From the human T2T-CHM13v2.0 reference genome, Homo sapiens: a DNA stretch of 64,000 bases. The translations under genes and the position numbers were made by a program. Below, in pieces: positions 47,718 to 63,103 of this stretch. The stretch lies in assembly GCF_009914755.1 (NCBI RefSeq), contig NC_060926.1, one strand, 5' to 3'. The notes beneath the pieces are model-generated. The model worked only from the letters and a program-made list of their open reading frames with translations, had not been told where the DNA came from and ran no database searches. How positions within the stretch are numbered: the stretch's first letter is position 1; every line of letters begins with the position of its first letter.

Positions 47718-48756
47718 CTATGATCAAATAAATTTGCTATGATTTTCTCTTGTTAACTGGTCTTTGTTATAGGACAGTCATCTATGACCCTTATTATGGG
47801 GAGGAAAGGGAACACCTCCTTTCTGCCCCTACAGTTCCATTCTGAGCTGAGAGCAGAGGAGTCAATTCCATTAGGAGAGTTATCTCTGTCCCTGGTCACC
47901 TGTATTTAAATGTTGAATTATTCTAACATTAAACATAAGTTGTTATTTATTTCATATGGTATATAACCACTCTAAGACACTGAATCATTTTGTTATCTGT
48001 ATCCAAAACAAACATCTGGAGCCAATTCTCATGTGAAATATGATCACAAATGTGTCTGAGGTCAATATTTGATCTATTGCTTTTTCATTCAAAACACATA
48101 GGTGAATGAAATGACTATTACCATTACAACAAATTGCTGTTTTTCAGCCTCTCAAGCCAATTACTTTGTGTGAGAATATTGAAGAAGAAATATGGAATAA
48201 ATGTCTGCTAAACTTATGCTCTGGGACTCAAATTTTAATGGTCAGAAGAAAACTACTACAAAAATAATCACAAAACAAAAGAAAATTTAAAGTAAAAGAT
48301 TAAAATAATACAATAATATCTGAAAGAATATAGTATCTATTAACTGCATATTATTTTCCCAGAAGTGGGCTGGATATTATGTAAAACACAAGAGAAAAGT
48401 CTGTAACCTGAATTCTAACTTCAAAGTTTGTATTATTTTATTGTAAAGAAATAAGAAGATATCTAAGAATATAAAACAGCCAGTTAAAAATGTGATCACA
48501 TATATTCAAGAACAATATGTTCTAGACATAAAAAGAAAAAATAAATGGAAAGCAAGGATATTTGGAAGAAGATTTAATTGATGAAAAAAGACTTGAGCCA
48601 GCACGTCTCAAAGAATATCCAGGATTTCTGGAGATGAAGTGAGGAAAGTATAGTCTAAGTGAAAGAAACAAAATGAATAGAGGTTCATAATATATGGGTT
48701 CTTATCAGTCTGATGAAGCATGTGGACTCCTCAGAAAGTCGTGCTTTTTTTAAAAT

Positions 48757-49367
48757 AATTTTTAATTTTTATTTTTGTGAGTACATAGTAGGGGTTATAG
48801 TAGTAGTATATTTATAGGTTATGTGGAGGCCTGATAGATAAGTAAGCAACAATGTGGAAGGGGCTCCAGGTGGGGGAGGGCTCCAAGTGGGGAAGAACAA
48901 TGAACAATCGATTGGACAGGTGGCTAATCTCATCATAAACAACGACCTCCTTGTCCTGTGGACACAATGACCTCAATCTGCAAGTAGCTCCCTCCAGCAC
49001 CACCATATAAACTGTCCTTCCAGCCCCTGCCTCTTTGCAGACAGCCCTGTCTCTGCTGTGCTGCCTGTTGCAACCTTGCAATGTATTTTCATACTTCCTC
49101 TAACAAATCTGCCTTTCATTACCTACAACTGTCTTGGTAAATTCTTTTACCCCCTGTGCCAATGGCCCCAGTTAGTTGCTACCTATGACAGGTTACATGA
49201 AATATTTTGATACAGGCATGTGATGCAGAATAATCACATCAGGGTAAATGGGATATCCATCACCTCAAGCATTTATCCTTGTGTTACAAACAATCCAATT
49301 ATACTCTTAGTTATTTTAAAATGTACAATTACATTATTTTTGACTACAGTCACCCTGTTGTGCTAGA
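48757..49367 (-). mobile_element. L1MA 3' end interrupted by an LTR
   Basis: ttttatttttgtgagtacatagtag... and ggttacatgaaatattttgatacaggcatg...cagtcaccctgttgtgct match an antisense L1MA 3'UTR. Confidence 0.75.
48822..49190 (+). mobile_element. Solo LTR (LTR47-like, ERVL class)
   Basis: TG...CA ends with an exact 5-bp TSD GGTTA at 48817 and 49191; catataaa box near 49003. Confidence 0.8.
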
Positions 49368-50636
49368 TTAGAAAATTTTTTTAAAGTGCAAAAACAATAA
49401 GAATAAAGTGTTTCAAAAAGTATAGATGAGAAAACATATTGAAGTGCACTTATTGAAATTAAATAATTTTTGAATATGATCATAAATGTATTTATTATAT
49501 ATTTATTTTGATGTCATGAAATTCAAACTTTATTTGATAGCATATTTTAATTCCTATTCTAATTCCTTTTTGTCTTGGAAAAAGTTGAAGAGATATTCCC
49601 CCACAGAGAGGATTTTATTAGTGTATTCAATAATAAGATCCAGCAGTGGGTCTAATGGATCCCATTATTGAATTAGTAGCGGGTTTCCAAGCCTGAACAT
49701 GTGATATTTTGAGATATGTGCGGCAACTATAATGTGATATGAATATATCTATTACTTCTATCAGCAAATTCATAGTTGCTGCTAATGACTTTGGTGGTCT
49801 GTGCCATACATTCACAATGGAAAGATATGCTAACTTTCAGTTAGAAGTTAAAATAATGCTATAATATTTTCCCAAACAAAGTTCCTGAATCTCTTCAATT
49901 CTATCCATAGACTTCTAAGTTTCCTGTGGACTCAGACTAAGAATCTAGAAAAGTGGATGGGAAGCGATACTTCTTTAAACACCCAATGGATGTGCGGCAC
50001 AGTAACAAGTCTTTCACGCTACTCTTACAACATGCTATAAGCAAGAAATGGTTAAAATGGGCAACATTACTTGAAAAATGAGAAAACTGAAGCTCCACAG
50101 TGTTATGTAACCTGCCTAGGGTCACATAAAGAATGAATGTAAGTTACACAATTAGAGTTGAAATATCATAATCTAAAGCCCTTGTTTGCCTTTCCCACTG
50201 TGAAAAACCACCTAGAGAATCCGCAGAATGTTTTAGATAAGTGGTTAGAAGATGAACACAGCCAGAGCAAGAAATTGTTTTCAAGAGCATTAGAAATAAC
50301 AATTGGGAATGTGGGGCAGGACCCCCTAAAAAAGCATACACAGAGAAACAAAGCAACTGCTTTTGCCCATGCAAAAACGAGCCCATCCGGGATATGATAA
50401 TAAAATCAATGTTTCGGGAAAAAGAATAATCTGATGGTAACAATTCAATGGATAGCAAAAGTAAGGATTATTATATTTTCTCTCTAGAAATTTTATAGTA
50501 GGTCTAAAATAACACATTATAGTTAAATGCTTTATCTAAAATGAGTTGAATCCTTTCATTAATTTTCTGAAGCAGTTTTGGGATTTGTTTCTTTCAAGAT
50601 CTATTCTTAAATATAGCAACACACACAAAATAGTTA

Positions 50637-50933
<297 letters not shown>

Positions 50934-51588
50934 TCAGTTAAATACTAATCATTGAACTCAATTCTCTAAGCCTACAATTAGCCAGGATACTACAAATGAA
51001 TATAAGAAAGCCCTCTTTGGCTTATTTTTGCTTCAGGGGTTGGTATAGAAATGATGATAGGATTTAACCAAAGGTCAAATTTAATTCTATATTATAGAAA
51101 TTGTAAATGGAAGATTTTCATTTCTATAAAACTTGGGAGTATAGTTTGCTTTGCCCCACGGATGTAAAGTGAGCTCAATGTTTCTATTATGACTGGAAAG
51201 ATTATGCTGAGCCTTTTAGCAGTGGTGCAAAATAATTTGTAGAGGTCTTCCAAAAAAGATGTACATACCATGATGATCTTAATATTAGACATATCTTGAT
51301 GTTAATAAATTAACAAGTATATCCATATACACATATGTGAATATATGTGTCTATATATCTTTTGCAACACTTGTACAGTCCATTTTGGAGTTAAAATGCA
51401 GAATGGATTACTTTATCCTTTACCAGCTGTAGGCATTTATTTTTAAGTTAGGTGAATTATACATTGTGCCTCATATATTGGTTATTATGATTCATTCAAT
51501 GACGCCATGGAAACATCATAAGCAAAACACTAAAAAAAAAAAAAAAAGTTGTCCTGGTATTCTGTCTGAAATAATGAGCAATAGTATT

Positions 51589-51706
51589 GATTACATAGAT
51601 AATCGATTACATATATAATTACATGATTACATATGATTACATATATAATGTGATTACACATATGATTACATATATAATGTGATTAGCTTGTAAAAAAGAT
51701 TAGCTT
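51589..51706. repeat. Degenerate GATTACA(TA)n minisatellite
   Basis: GATTACA at 51589, 51605, 51625, 51635, 51652 and 51664; near-tandem 29-bp duplication at 51630-51685. Confidence 0.85.
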
Positions 51707-52812
51707 TTTAAATAGCATTTAAATATACAGCTGTCCTTTAAATATATTTATTTATTATTCTACTTCATTACCAAATTGTAAGCTCCATGAGGGTACAGAA
51801 AATATCTCTTCTGTTTACCAGTGTATACCTAACATTGAGTAACAAGTTAAAAATATTTGATGAATTTTTTAAAGTAGAAAAATTGTATAAAAGCACACAT
51901 TGTCCTAAAATTTACTCAGAATTGTCTACTTGAGAAAATTTCAATATGACATGCTTACAACCTTGAAGAAAATGGCAGATAATTGTCTTTGAAACCACAT
52001 CATTATCTACCACTGTGTACCATTAGGTACATAGAAATAAGGCTGAAAGAAGCTTTGTCTTTCTTGGCTTTAAAAATATTTTCAAGTGGATTTCAAACCC
52101 TATTTAATTGTGTATGTTTTGAGATGTGCTAAAAAGACTATTGTCTAATAATCAGTAAATTGAAGCAATATTTATTTATATAATGCAAATATTTCTGGTT
52201 GTCTATGAAAATGTATCCAGTATGAAAATTGGCCTGAAATGTAAGGCTTTTAAAAACATTTCTACATTTTTAAAAGCTTTATATGGGTCAACTCTTCTTC
52301 ATATAATTTGTCACCATCAAAGAAGCTACAGTAATAAGAAAAGGAAAATGATTGTATGAACTGTTTTCTCTAACAATTCAATTCAAGTTTGGTATTATTT
52401 TGAAGAAAAAAAATAGATTCAGCTCTTGGTTCCTCCAAATATGTTTGTTCACCCATAATCATAAGCATCTTAAAACAGCAGTCATTTCAAAGTATTTGCC
52501 CCATTTTAGTTCAACTGACATTCTTTTTCCAGAGAATTACTGTAAAGAAATGTCATTGTGCCCAGGAGGTAAAGAAAAAAAAATTGTTACAATGCTTTTA
52601 GCTTATTTCAAGTGTCACGGTTTTCTCAGTACTGAAGTGTCTCTTTCTAATCCTATCTGTGGAATGAAGTCACAGATTTTAGGTTAAATGAAATTCACAT
52701 TGAAATCTGAAATTGAATATATAATGCCAATATTTGCATGATTAGAACCTGTTGATTCTTAGCCCTAAACCTGTCATTAATCCTGCAACTTCTTTTAAAA
52801 CTTTTTATTACC

Positions 52813-53569
52813 TGACAAAGACTCTGTCCTTGACCAAACACTAGTCAGGATCCTCTAAGTCCTCTTCTGACTAGACTTCAGCCTTGGCCAATAAAAACTG
52901 CAGACTCTCAGCACAAATGATTTCATCCTGCTGCCCTCACCTCCACCGCCCCCCTCCCCAAGCCCCTGGGCCACAAATACATACTAACAGACTTGAACAA
53001 TCCCTAGCACATTGTCCAACAGCTTAAGTCTACGTCCCTTGAATGACCCCAGCTCCCACATTAAATTGTCTGCCTGAGAACGCTCATGATGATAGGCAGA
53101 TAGGCCCTGAACCTCCTCTTAGAGTAGTTGCTTTAGAAAGCTTGCAATTATAAATCCTTTCTGTGCCTTTTTGAGGTGTAAATCTTCTACTACCCAGAAC
53201 TACCTTCTAAGGAGCTGAGAGCGTTCTCTTTGAAGTGCAAACACCTGGGAAGGGAACTCTGCCTCTCATTCTCCCTCCCAGCCCAGTGGGGGTCTTACTC
53301 TTACTTGCTGCCACTGCCTCTTGTCACAAAGATAAGAGAAGCCTGTTTTCCCCTCCTGTTAAGCACCAGTTATCTAACCCAGGTGGCGTAATCTTGTGGA
53401 GCAGCCCCTTTAACCCCCTTAGTGCCTTTTCCTTAGCACACCCCGACCTTCAAAGTTTCCAGTTTTTAGTTTCATGAAGTTGAGCTCAGTTCACAGTGGA
53501 CTATCACAAGAGTTACTAATGAGTAAAATCTTTACTTACTGTTTTACTAGTTAGCATCTGGCTTTGACA
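52813..53569 (+). mobile_element. ERV1 solo LTR (MER31/MER67-like)
   Basis: Starts tgacaaagactctgtccttgaccaaacactagtcagg and ends ctggctttgaca. Subfamily uncertain. Confidence 0.65.
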
Positions 53570-55602
53570 TATTATTGTAACAAGGATCACTATAACTCCA
53601 TTTTAGAGTAATTAAAATCTATTTTCGTTTGTTTCTTAAGTGCAAATCCGTTTCTTTTGAAATTATTTAAAAATTTCCCTAAAAAAAAATCTCTTCACTA
53701 GAATCAGTAGATTCACATTCTTGGGTTCTCCTTTTCCTTATATACATTGCTATAACCATAGAAAAGGCAATCTAATCCTTTGGCCAGTATTTGCTTTCTG
53801 TTTTCATTGTTCTAAGTCTTCATGACTTCACCTCTGAAAGAGTGCGGTGTGTAGTTCAATATGCCACAATGCTGCAATCATGACAAAATTGTCTTTTTAT
53901 TTTCTCTGGTACTTCCACACCAGATTCCTCCTTATAATCTATTTCAGTCTCTATAATTTTTTGAAATGTTTGGGCAAAGCTCTTTAAGTAATGACCATAT
54001 GGCTAGATAAGAAGTGCTTTTCAATTCTGAAGTAGACAAAGAAATGAATTAAGAAGAAATTCTCTCATTACTCTTTTACTTTTCCAATTTGGGAAGTGAA
54101 GAATAGGAAAATGAGGTTGTTTTTTCTTATCATTTTCTTCATTTTTCTCAATGGGTGTACTTTCTGTCTTTTGCCTTTTATTTATTTCATTTAACTTGAA
54201 AGATGGGGAAGAGGGAGAAAAGTACTAATATTTTTCAATAACTGCAGGGCATCAGGCATTATTACCATGATTACCTGATAGATACCATTGCCTCTATTTT
54301 AATTATAAGAAAACCAAGATTTTAAGAAATTAAATCACCTAAAGACTTAATTGAAGAAAAGAATTTAAGCTTGTTGAAGTCTAGTTTTTCCATAATTACA
54401 TTCTTTAAGAGTATTAATAATTTCTTTTAGAATTGTATTTACAACCTTCATGAGCAAACCTCTCACCAACCTACTCCACTACAAAGAATAAGCTGGGCAA
54501 GAAAGAAATGAATACAGAAGAATGAAGTTTATCATCTTTTATTTATAACCTTTTTGTTGCTCAACTTAAGTTCTTTTATTTGTTCTTAATTTTTTTGTGT
54601 GTAATTTTAGCCTCATCGAATGAAGACTGTTGCATTCACTGTTTCAAGGTTATTTTATAAAATCATGACTTAAAAAAAGACATTTTACCACATATGGTAA
54701 AAAAAAAAAAAACTTCCTTTTTTATATCATTCAGTATGCTATTAATGCTCATTTGAGGTCAAAATATAACTTTGGGCTTCAATGTAGTTGTCTTTCCTAC
54801 TTTCAATCAGTCAGCTTCATTATTTCCTAAAGTCATTTTCTCACAGCCTCAAGTCATCTCATTATTGTTCTTATCATTCTGTAAACTGTTCTTCATTATC
54901 TATTGATGTCACCTTCAGTATTATCTAGAAAACACTTTTAAAAAATCTCTTTACTAAATCTCTGATCTCCCGGAAGAGAAGGAAATGTAATTTTCTTTTG
55001 TATGTGCTGGTTGGTAAGAAAGATTGCTAGTCAACGTGATTTCAAAGCTCATTGAAATCATCATTTTAACTAGATAAGGCATACTAAAGAAAGCTGTTGT
55101 ATGAGGACTAAAAATTTGAAGGAAAATTATGTTAAATTGGGTCATATTCAATTGGCTTTATTATCCAGTCTCTTTCCCTTCCTAAAAATCAGTTTCTATT
55201 GTAATGATTAGAAGGCTTATCAAAATATATAGGGTGGTGGTGAGTTCCATCTGTAGATGAGGAACAACAAGTTTTCCTTGTTCTGAGGGATCAACAAATA
55301 ATCAGTTCAACTGCGGGAACATCACTGGCCATCCAGAGATCTAAATGATGAACACAGCTCTATAATTAAGTAACTTCGATATAGGCTAGCTTTTCCTATC
55401 TTATTTTCAGAAATTTCTGATCACATTGAAGACTTTTACTGTAGCCTTAGAGTGTCTGAGAAATGTAGACAAGGTTCAATGCTAAAAGCTACATTTAAAG
55501 GGAATGAATGAAAGGAATGAATGCTACTATATTAAGTAACAGCAACTGAACTAAAAGGTTGTAGTTTTCATGGAGAAGTCAGTACAATTAAACATGCAAT
55601 AC

Positions 55603-55803
55603 CACAGAGATAGCCTTCATCAGAGCCATCAGGACAATCCTTTTTCCCATTGCAGAGTTTCTCTGGCTGCAGGCAGACTGAGGTGTCATTAGCACAAGGA
55701 TGCTTGGGTGGTCCACACAAGAAACTGTCACAGTCATCTTCATCTGACTGATCTTCGCAATCAATATCTCCATCACACACCCATGCTTTGTTGATGCATC
55801 TCC
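55603..55803 (-). CDS. LRP1B: LRP1B coding exon (probably exon 22), 201 nt, phase 1-1; end of one LDL-A repeat plus a complete LDL-A repeat (end of cluster II)
   Basis: Minus-strand acceptor TTTTCTTAAG|GGAGATGC and donor CTCTGTG|GTATTG. Translation (G)[66 protein letters not shown] contains DCxDxSDE motifs. Frame joins the next exon (G|AT = Asp). Confidence 0.95.
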
Positions 55804-56046
55804 CTTAAGAAAACAGAAATAGTGTCAGTTTGATTTTTGTGATTAGGTCATTATGATAATGAGTGGCCATTATTGTCTTCAGTCACAGGCAGAATTACTT
55901 GTCTTTAGCAAAAGAAAACAAAATCTATTTGCTTATTATTTGACAGTTTATTTTCATGACAGCATTTGAATATTTCTTGCCCTGGTCTTAAAGTGCTCTT
56001 ATTGTTTGAGCTTTGATATTTTCTTTAGATTCAAGTCATTGCTCTG

Positions 56047-56085
56047 CTCTCTCTCTCTCTCTATATATATACATATATTTATATT

Positions 56086-56118
<33 letters not shown>
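56047..56118. repeat. (CT)n(AT)n compound microsatellite
   Basis: Directly visible; about 13 perfect AT units at 56092-56118. Confidence 0.95.
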
Positions 56119-56122
<4 letters not shown>

Positions 56123-56475
56123 GAAGGTTTCTGTGACTAATTGAAAGTTTAATTGCAAAACTGTTAAAAGCAAACTTTAAAGATACATTTGTATATTAGT
56201 GCCTTTTAGATCCCTAAATTTAGGTGAATGCTATCGGTGCCTGTCAGAAACTCAAATTCAGGTAAATGCCTCATTTTAGCAAGAGAGGTTGTCCTTCTAT
56301 TTACATTTATAACATCAACACCCCAACTCCCCACTCCAGACATATGTACATGCCCTTTCATAAGAGAATATCAAATGATATCAAACATTTTGGCGACTAA
56401 CATGTATAGACGGAATTTATAGAATTTTTTTATTGTTTCTAGAAGAAAAAAATAATTATTGTTTAGCCAGCATGA

Positions 56476-56822
<347 letters not shown>

Positions 56823-57199
56823 ATTGTCGTCTATGTAAATGTTTCACTGCAAATTATTCCTCCTTTCGAAACAGTCTTTCACTGACTTCTTATTAATTAT
56901 CTTTTCCAGATTATGCAATGTTCAGGTGTAATATACATTTTTTAAATGTACCTAAAGATAATACTAGTTATTGACTGACTACATACCAGCATCTTATAAA
57001 AATAAGTGGGGCAAATACAAGGGAAATGGAAAATATTACATTGTATATATCCAAAAGTCATTAGGTATTTAAATGTCTTCTTAAGTCTTATAAGTAAATT
57101 TTAAAATAATTAAAATATAGGTGCAAAAATGTTTTATTTATAAAAATATATCAATAATTCTTCACACTATTATGTCAAATAAAATATAATCAGTTCCAT

Positions 57200-59170
57200 A
57201 GTTAACTAAAATACATTTGATATTCAACATTGATAAAAATACTCTTAAAATAAGAATTGACATACTTCATTAGATTTGATATAAATAGAGAAACATTATA
57301 AACTTTTGCATTAACATCATAAATAAAACCAATAATGTTGTTCTGTAAATACTACCTAGGACAATTAGGTAATAGAAAGAAATGAGGTATAATATTAGAA
57401 ATGAGGAATAACATTAGAAAAGAGTGTCATTACACGTTGTTAATATAATCATATAATTATAAAATCAATTAAAATTACATAAACTAAGAATTCAAAAAAT
57501 AGGTAGCTAGTTTCAAAATTAACAGAAAAACAGATTTCATATCTATAGAGAGCATATACTAGAAGAAAAGGCCAATTAAAATTTTATCATAAAAAATGTA
57601 TTTTGGGTTAAAATGTACAAGAACTATACAACACTTATACAAATCCAAAATTCTACAAAAAATCTGAAAAAAAGCCTTGAATATAGATATTATTTGGTCT
57701 TGGATTAGTACAGATAATAATTTTCTCTTAAACAATCCTTTCAAAATAGTAACATCAATGCAACCCTAAAAGCTTATTTTAAGTTAAAAAATAAAACCAG
57801 AAAAATCATTCAGAATCTTACCAAAAAAAAAAACAAAAAACAAAACAGAGGAATCTTAATGAGTAGAAACTGTATATATTCCAACTATTTAGAAGTAATT
57901 TAATGTAATAGTAGTTAAAATACTTTTTATAAATATCAATAAAGATATTAATAATTAAAGAGCACAGAGACATTAGGAATAGGTCTATTTATGTATATGG
58001 ATTTTATATATGAAACAGTTGGCAATCTAAATAGCAGAGAACAAAATTAATGATGCAGTATCACCTCATTTGCCAATCTGGAGGATAAACAATAAAGCTG
58101 AATCTCTACTTGGCTTCTTATGCTATAATATATTCCAGACATATCAAAGAGGTAATCATTTTAAAATAAGGATGATAAAAATACAAACATGAAGCTGAAT
58201 TTTATAAACATATTTTATTCCATATTGCAACAATAAACTCCATAGACAAAGTCACTGGACAGTCAATAAGCCAGAAAAAAACATTTAATCATATTTTCAA
58301 AAATATTTCATTATATGACAAAAAGCATATTTTTAAAAAATACAAGGGTTCTTTTAAATCAATAAGATAACAATCAATCCAAGTGCAAGATTCATAAAGA
58401 AATTGTAATGGTTCAGAAACATAAGATATTCAATATCCCTTTCAATTAAAAAAGGTAAACTAAAATAACTAGTTGACATCCTTCCTGCTCTATTAGATAA
58501 AGATCAAAAAGTTGGATAGTACAAAACTAGATTTGACAATAATGTAAGAAACAGCACAAATGTTGAAAATTGTGATAACCTCTCTCTAGGGCAATGTCAA
58601 GAAATCCAGCAAATGAAACATGTGTCAACTCTTCACCACAGTAATTCTAATTTTAGAAAATGTTTTCATAAATATCTTTGCACAAGTGCACAAAGATACT
58701 AGGATATCTACTGCTGTTTTGTATATATTAGGGAAAGGAAAGTAACAATTTAAATAATTACTGCAAGCCTGGTGACATCAATTACAATGCATCCATACAT
58801 TAAAGGTATATGCTTGAGTGAAGAAGAATGTGTCAATCTACATAAGTGAATGAAAACTAATTTTCAAGCTTAATTAATTTAAAAAAGGCATAGAACTCAG
58901 TGTATGTAGGCTTTTGATGTGTTGAAAGGGAGTTAGCTATTTATAAATATCTATGATTATATTTCCATACATTTATCAATATCAGTACATGGATAGACTT
59001 GTCTCTATTTGAATTCTTTCTGGAGGGATACACAAGAAATAGTTCAAATTGGTTGCCTCTGGAAAGAATTAGTTACTGGAAACCCATTGTAGGAGGGAGA
59101 GATACTTTTCATTGAATACTCTTGTGCTGCTTTATTTTTCTTCTACCGTATACTTCCGTAACTTTTCCAA
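57200..59170 (+). mobile_element. Highly diverged L1M (L1ME-like) ORF2/3' remnant
   Basis: A-rich sequence with L1-like motifs (gtaattctaattttagaaaat, cacaaagatac, ggttgcctctgg, cttttcattgaatactcttgtgctg). Boundaries are very approximate. Confidence 0.5.
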
Positions 59171-60924
59171 AATATATTGGCTTATTTTAAAAAAATGATT
59201 ATGTACACACATATGCAGTGAAGCCTAACAGATTCAACAGCCTTCTTGTAAAAAATTATATGTTGAATTTACTCTGTGCCTTACCCTTTCCTAAGGGCTT
59301 TCAGAAATATAAGCAAGCATAAAGCCTGATCCTTGTCACCAAGGGGCTTATAATCTAGTTAGAAAGAAAAGATCAATGCATAATATATCATTGTAGTCTA
59401 AAATATGACATTCTATACTTAAGTATTAAATTGTATGAAGTCATTTGCAAGAGTTCAAGAATATACAAATTCCCATTTTTAGTTTGGTTTATCAAAATGC
59501 AACTTCCTTTGTTTGTTTGTTTTTTCCCAGACACATCACCAATCCATGATGGCATTCCCAACCACTGACTCCAAAATGACCTTAGAATTGTTTCAACAGA
59601 TATATCTATAAATCAATATCAATCTTTTAGAGTCAGAATAGCAGTAAGGCTATTTGCCATCCCTGACATAAATACTGCTTGGAAAAGGTAAACAAAAATA
59701 ATATTCAGATGACTGTAAAACTTTAAAACAAATAATGTCACCAGAGATATGAATAAATATGAATACATAGATTAAATGAATTGTATAAGCTTAAATAGCC
59801 CCCCTCTTCCTATTGATTTTTTAGGGGCTGTTTGAAGCTTAATTGCTTCTCTCTATTTGTGTTTGGTTTTAGTTCTTACCAAAATGTAGATAAGAAGGCG
59901 AACCAAGTATGATAAGTTTAATGAATGTCTAACTCATGCACATGAATTAGGTAAAACCCAAAAGCAAATGGCCTCAGTAAAAATACTTTAAACATATTGA
60001 TTTTTACTTGATTCATATCAAGATAAATCCTCACCTAATCAAGTACCTAATCAAGTCATTGGACATAAAATCTTGAATGAACAAATATCACAGATTTCTT
60101 TGCTTAAACTCCCTTCTTTATATATAAGAAATAAGTAGTTATTAATAATAGTAAAACATATTATAGACATTATAACTATCCAATAGATAGAATATCCAAA
60201 AATCTTTAAAATAAAGTTTTTTAAATGTGCATGAGTAATTCAAGTAACCAAGTAAATCATTTTGTGTTTACTAATTCTTTTTTAGAAGATGCCGAAAACC
60301 ATATTAGATAATTAGTATGAAGTTGAGCTCTACAAAATATTTTCTCATTTATTTATAATGATGTTTTCAACTTGATAACTACATGTCAAAGACTCTATTT
60401 TGGTAACTGTGGTTTTGTCCTTTGAGAAAAGAAAATAAGAATGGATAAGTAACAACAATAACAGCAAATTTTTTAAAAAAAATCCCCAAAACCCAGAAAT
60501 TTGGTTAAACACAACTACAAAGTCAACAGGTATAGAAAAACTTAAGTTTGTATGACTGTAGAAAACATGCTAGCTTCCCAAAATAAATTGATACAATCTC
60601 TTCTAGAGTTTCTCTTTTCTGTGTTAAACTCTTGACCATGTTCTGAAATAGATCTACCTTTTTGTAAACTGACTTGTTTTTAGTTTAATAAAAAGATAAC
60701 AAATGTTGTAATGGGATAATTTCTGTTCTGGGATATGACTGGCAGTTTATATTAAGAATAATAATATTAATATGAAGTAAATCTTTGAGAAAGTCTAAAT
60801 GGATTTACTTGAAACTATATTATTATAATGCCTTTTTGAACACTGGTCTATAATATTTTATAAAATGTTTATACTACTAACCTTTAGTGTTACCTACATA
60901 TTTATTTCTCTAACAGTGTTTGGT

Positions 60925-63060
60925 TTCAATTCAATTTGACAAATGTTTTTTGAGTATTATATGCTTGGTTTTCTACTGAAGAGTGTAGAAAGATGGGGAA
61001 GACAAATTCCTGACCTTGTGGAGCAATAACTCTAGTAATGACAAATGTTCTAATATTGAACATATAAAGTAGAATAAGATGAAAGCCATATAACCATCAG
61101 AGAGTGCTATGGATTTTCAAGGAGGTGGAAAATATGTATGATTGGAAGGATGAGAAACAAGCTTTACCAAACTATTCTTTTGAACAGCGTTTTGAAGGAT
61201 GGTAGAAAATTTTACGTAAGGAAAAAAGCATTTAATATAGACAGCTGCCTTATGCGTATAGTCTTAACATTCGAATATATACCCCATGTAAAATCAAAAA
61301 GCAAGTAAATGGAACAGGTGAAAGAAATAAAAATTTAATAGCATAGTGACTACTCTTGCTACTCAATAGGAATGTGTTAGGGCATAGATAGTAGAAGAGA
61401 ATCAGTTCTTTCTCATGCTGATCTTTGTTCCATCTCTAAGTGAATTCATTATAAAATTCTAATTTTTATATTTGCTTTTTATTTTATGCTAAGCATTACC
61501 TTGTTTATAATAGAGTTATAGGTACAAATTATCCTGAGCTATATACATAGAACCATGTATATTAAGTTTAATGTGTGATTTTTGGGAGGTAATTTTGAAC
61601 ATAACGCAGTTTTACATGCTGAATATTCAACCTTATTTGTTTAATCGAATTCACACAAAAGATGAAACTGTTATCTAAAGGTATAAAAGCAGGAAAGAAT
61701 GGGACCTGTTCAAAAAGCAATAATGAAGCAGTTTGGGGCCCCTAATTCAAGAAGCGTTTCTTAATCTGATTATGGTTAAGAAAATTGAGACACTTTTTGA
61801 ATTAGCAATGGAGATTGTCTATAAGATTCAGCAAATTTGAACGACTGAAAGATTTTTTTAAAGTATGTGTTCAGGTCACATCTTGAGGTAAGAGGAAGCC
61901 AAAACTGTGGATAGAGTGGATTGAAGCTAATGACTGTCAGAGGAAAACACAGTTGGCCACACAAGGATCTGAGTGAGAGATAATGAAAGCTTAACCTTAG
62001 GTTATGAGATGTGAGTAGAGAATGGAATGGGTTATGTTGGAGATATTGCATAAGTAACCTCAGTAGGACTAGGACTTGGAAAATGATTTCAAGTTAGAAG
62101 TGTCAAAGGGTGCTTTCTGCTTTAAATCTGAGCATACAGGGGATTACATATTCTAACAGAAATGATATATTCTTACTCCTTTCTGACTTTGAAGAGAAAG
62201 TAGAATGTTCAGCAATGCATCGGGAAAAAATGGGTTGGAAGTGGGAAGTAAATGTCAGTGGCGGAAATTTTGGAGTCCTAGAGGTGATGGTTAAAACTGG
62301 GGACAGAATAGATTGCTATGAAGACTTTGCAGAAAGATGAGAAGGAGCAAAAAAATTAAGAGAAGAATATCTACAATGCTGGACACATATTACGTGCTCA
62401 ACAATTATATTTTAAAATTAAATATGAGGGACAGGTAGAGGAAAATGGGCAAGGGAAAGTGAAATAAAAAGAGGACTCTAAATGCCATGTGGCTAAAGAG
62501 AACAATCCAATGTGAGAATTCATAAGAAAATATTAAAAGGAGAGGAAATGCAGCAGGGTTAAGTGTTGCAGAGAAAGAAGCCGAGGTGCAGTACTAGTAG
62601 TGAAAAGTGTCATTCATTAAGCTTCTACTGTGTTCTAGGCACTCTTTGTACATTCTACCAGTTATTACTATCATATCTATTCTACAGATCAGAAAGCGAT
62701 AATGTAGAGAGGTTTAGTAACTTATCTGCACTCATGCAGTTACTGAATGGCAGAGTAGGACTCAAAACACAGAAGAGCATAAACTAAGAAATCTTTCCTG
62801 GTGACCATCGAAACAGCCATTTCCATCAAGGGAAGCCATTGGATGTTAGATTGCAAGGGGTGGAGGAATTAGTGAGACATAAGACATCGAGGTACTTATA
62901 TAAGGTGATTTAATGAAATGAAGAAGGAAGACAGGGAAAAGGTAATAAAATCAAAGAAGTGTTTTTCAGGTTATTGGACTAAATATAGTTATATAGAGAA
63001 AGAAAAATTAGTGTGGAGAAAGAAATAGAAGACCAAACAAGAAAAGTGACTAAGCTCCCA
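60925..63060 (-). mobile_element. Fragmented L2 remnants, with a MIR near 62610-62770
   Basis: ttcaattcaatttgacaaatgttttttgagt resembles an L2 end, followed by purine-rich L2-like stretches. Boundaries are approximate. Confidence 0.4.
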
Positions 63061-63103
63061 CAAGGATTAGGAGGCCACAGGATCAATATCTAAAGAAGGG
63101 TTT

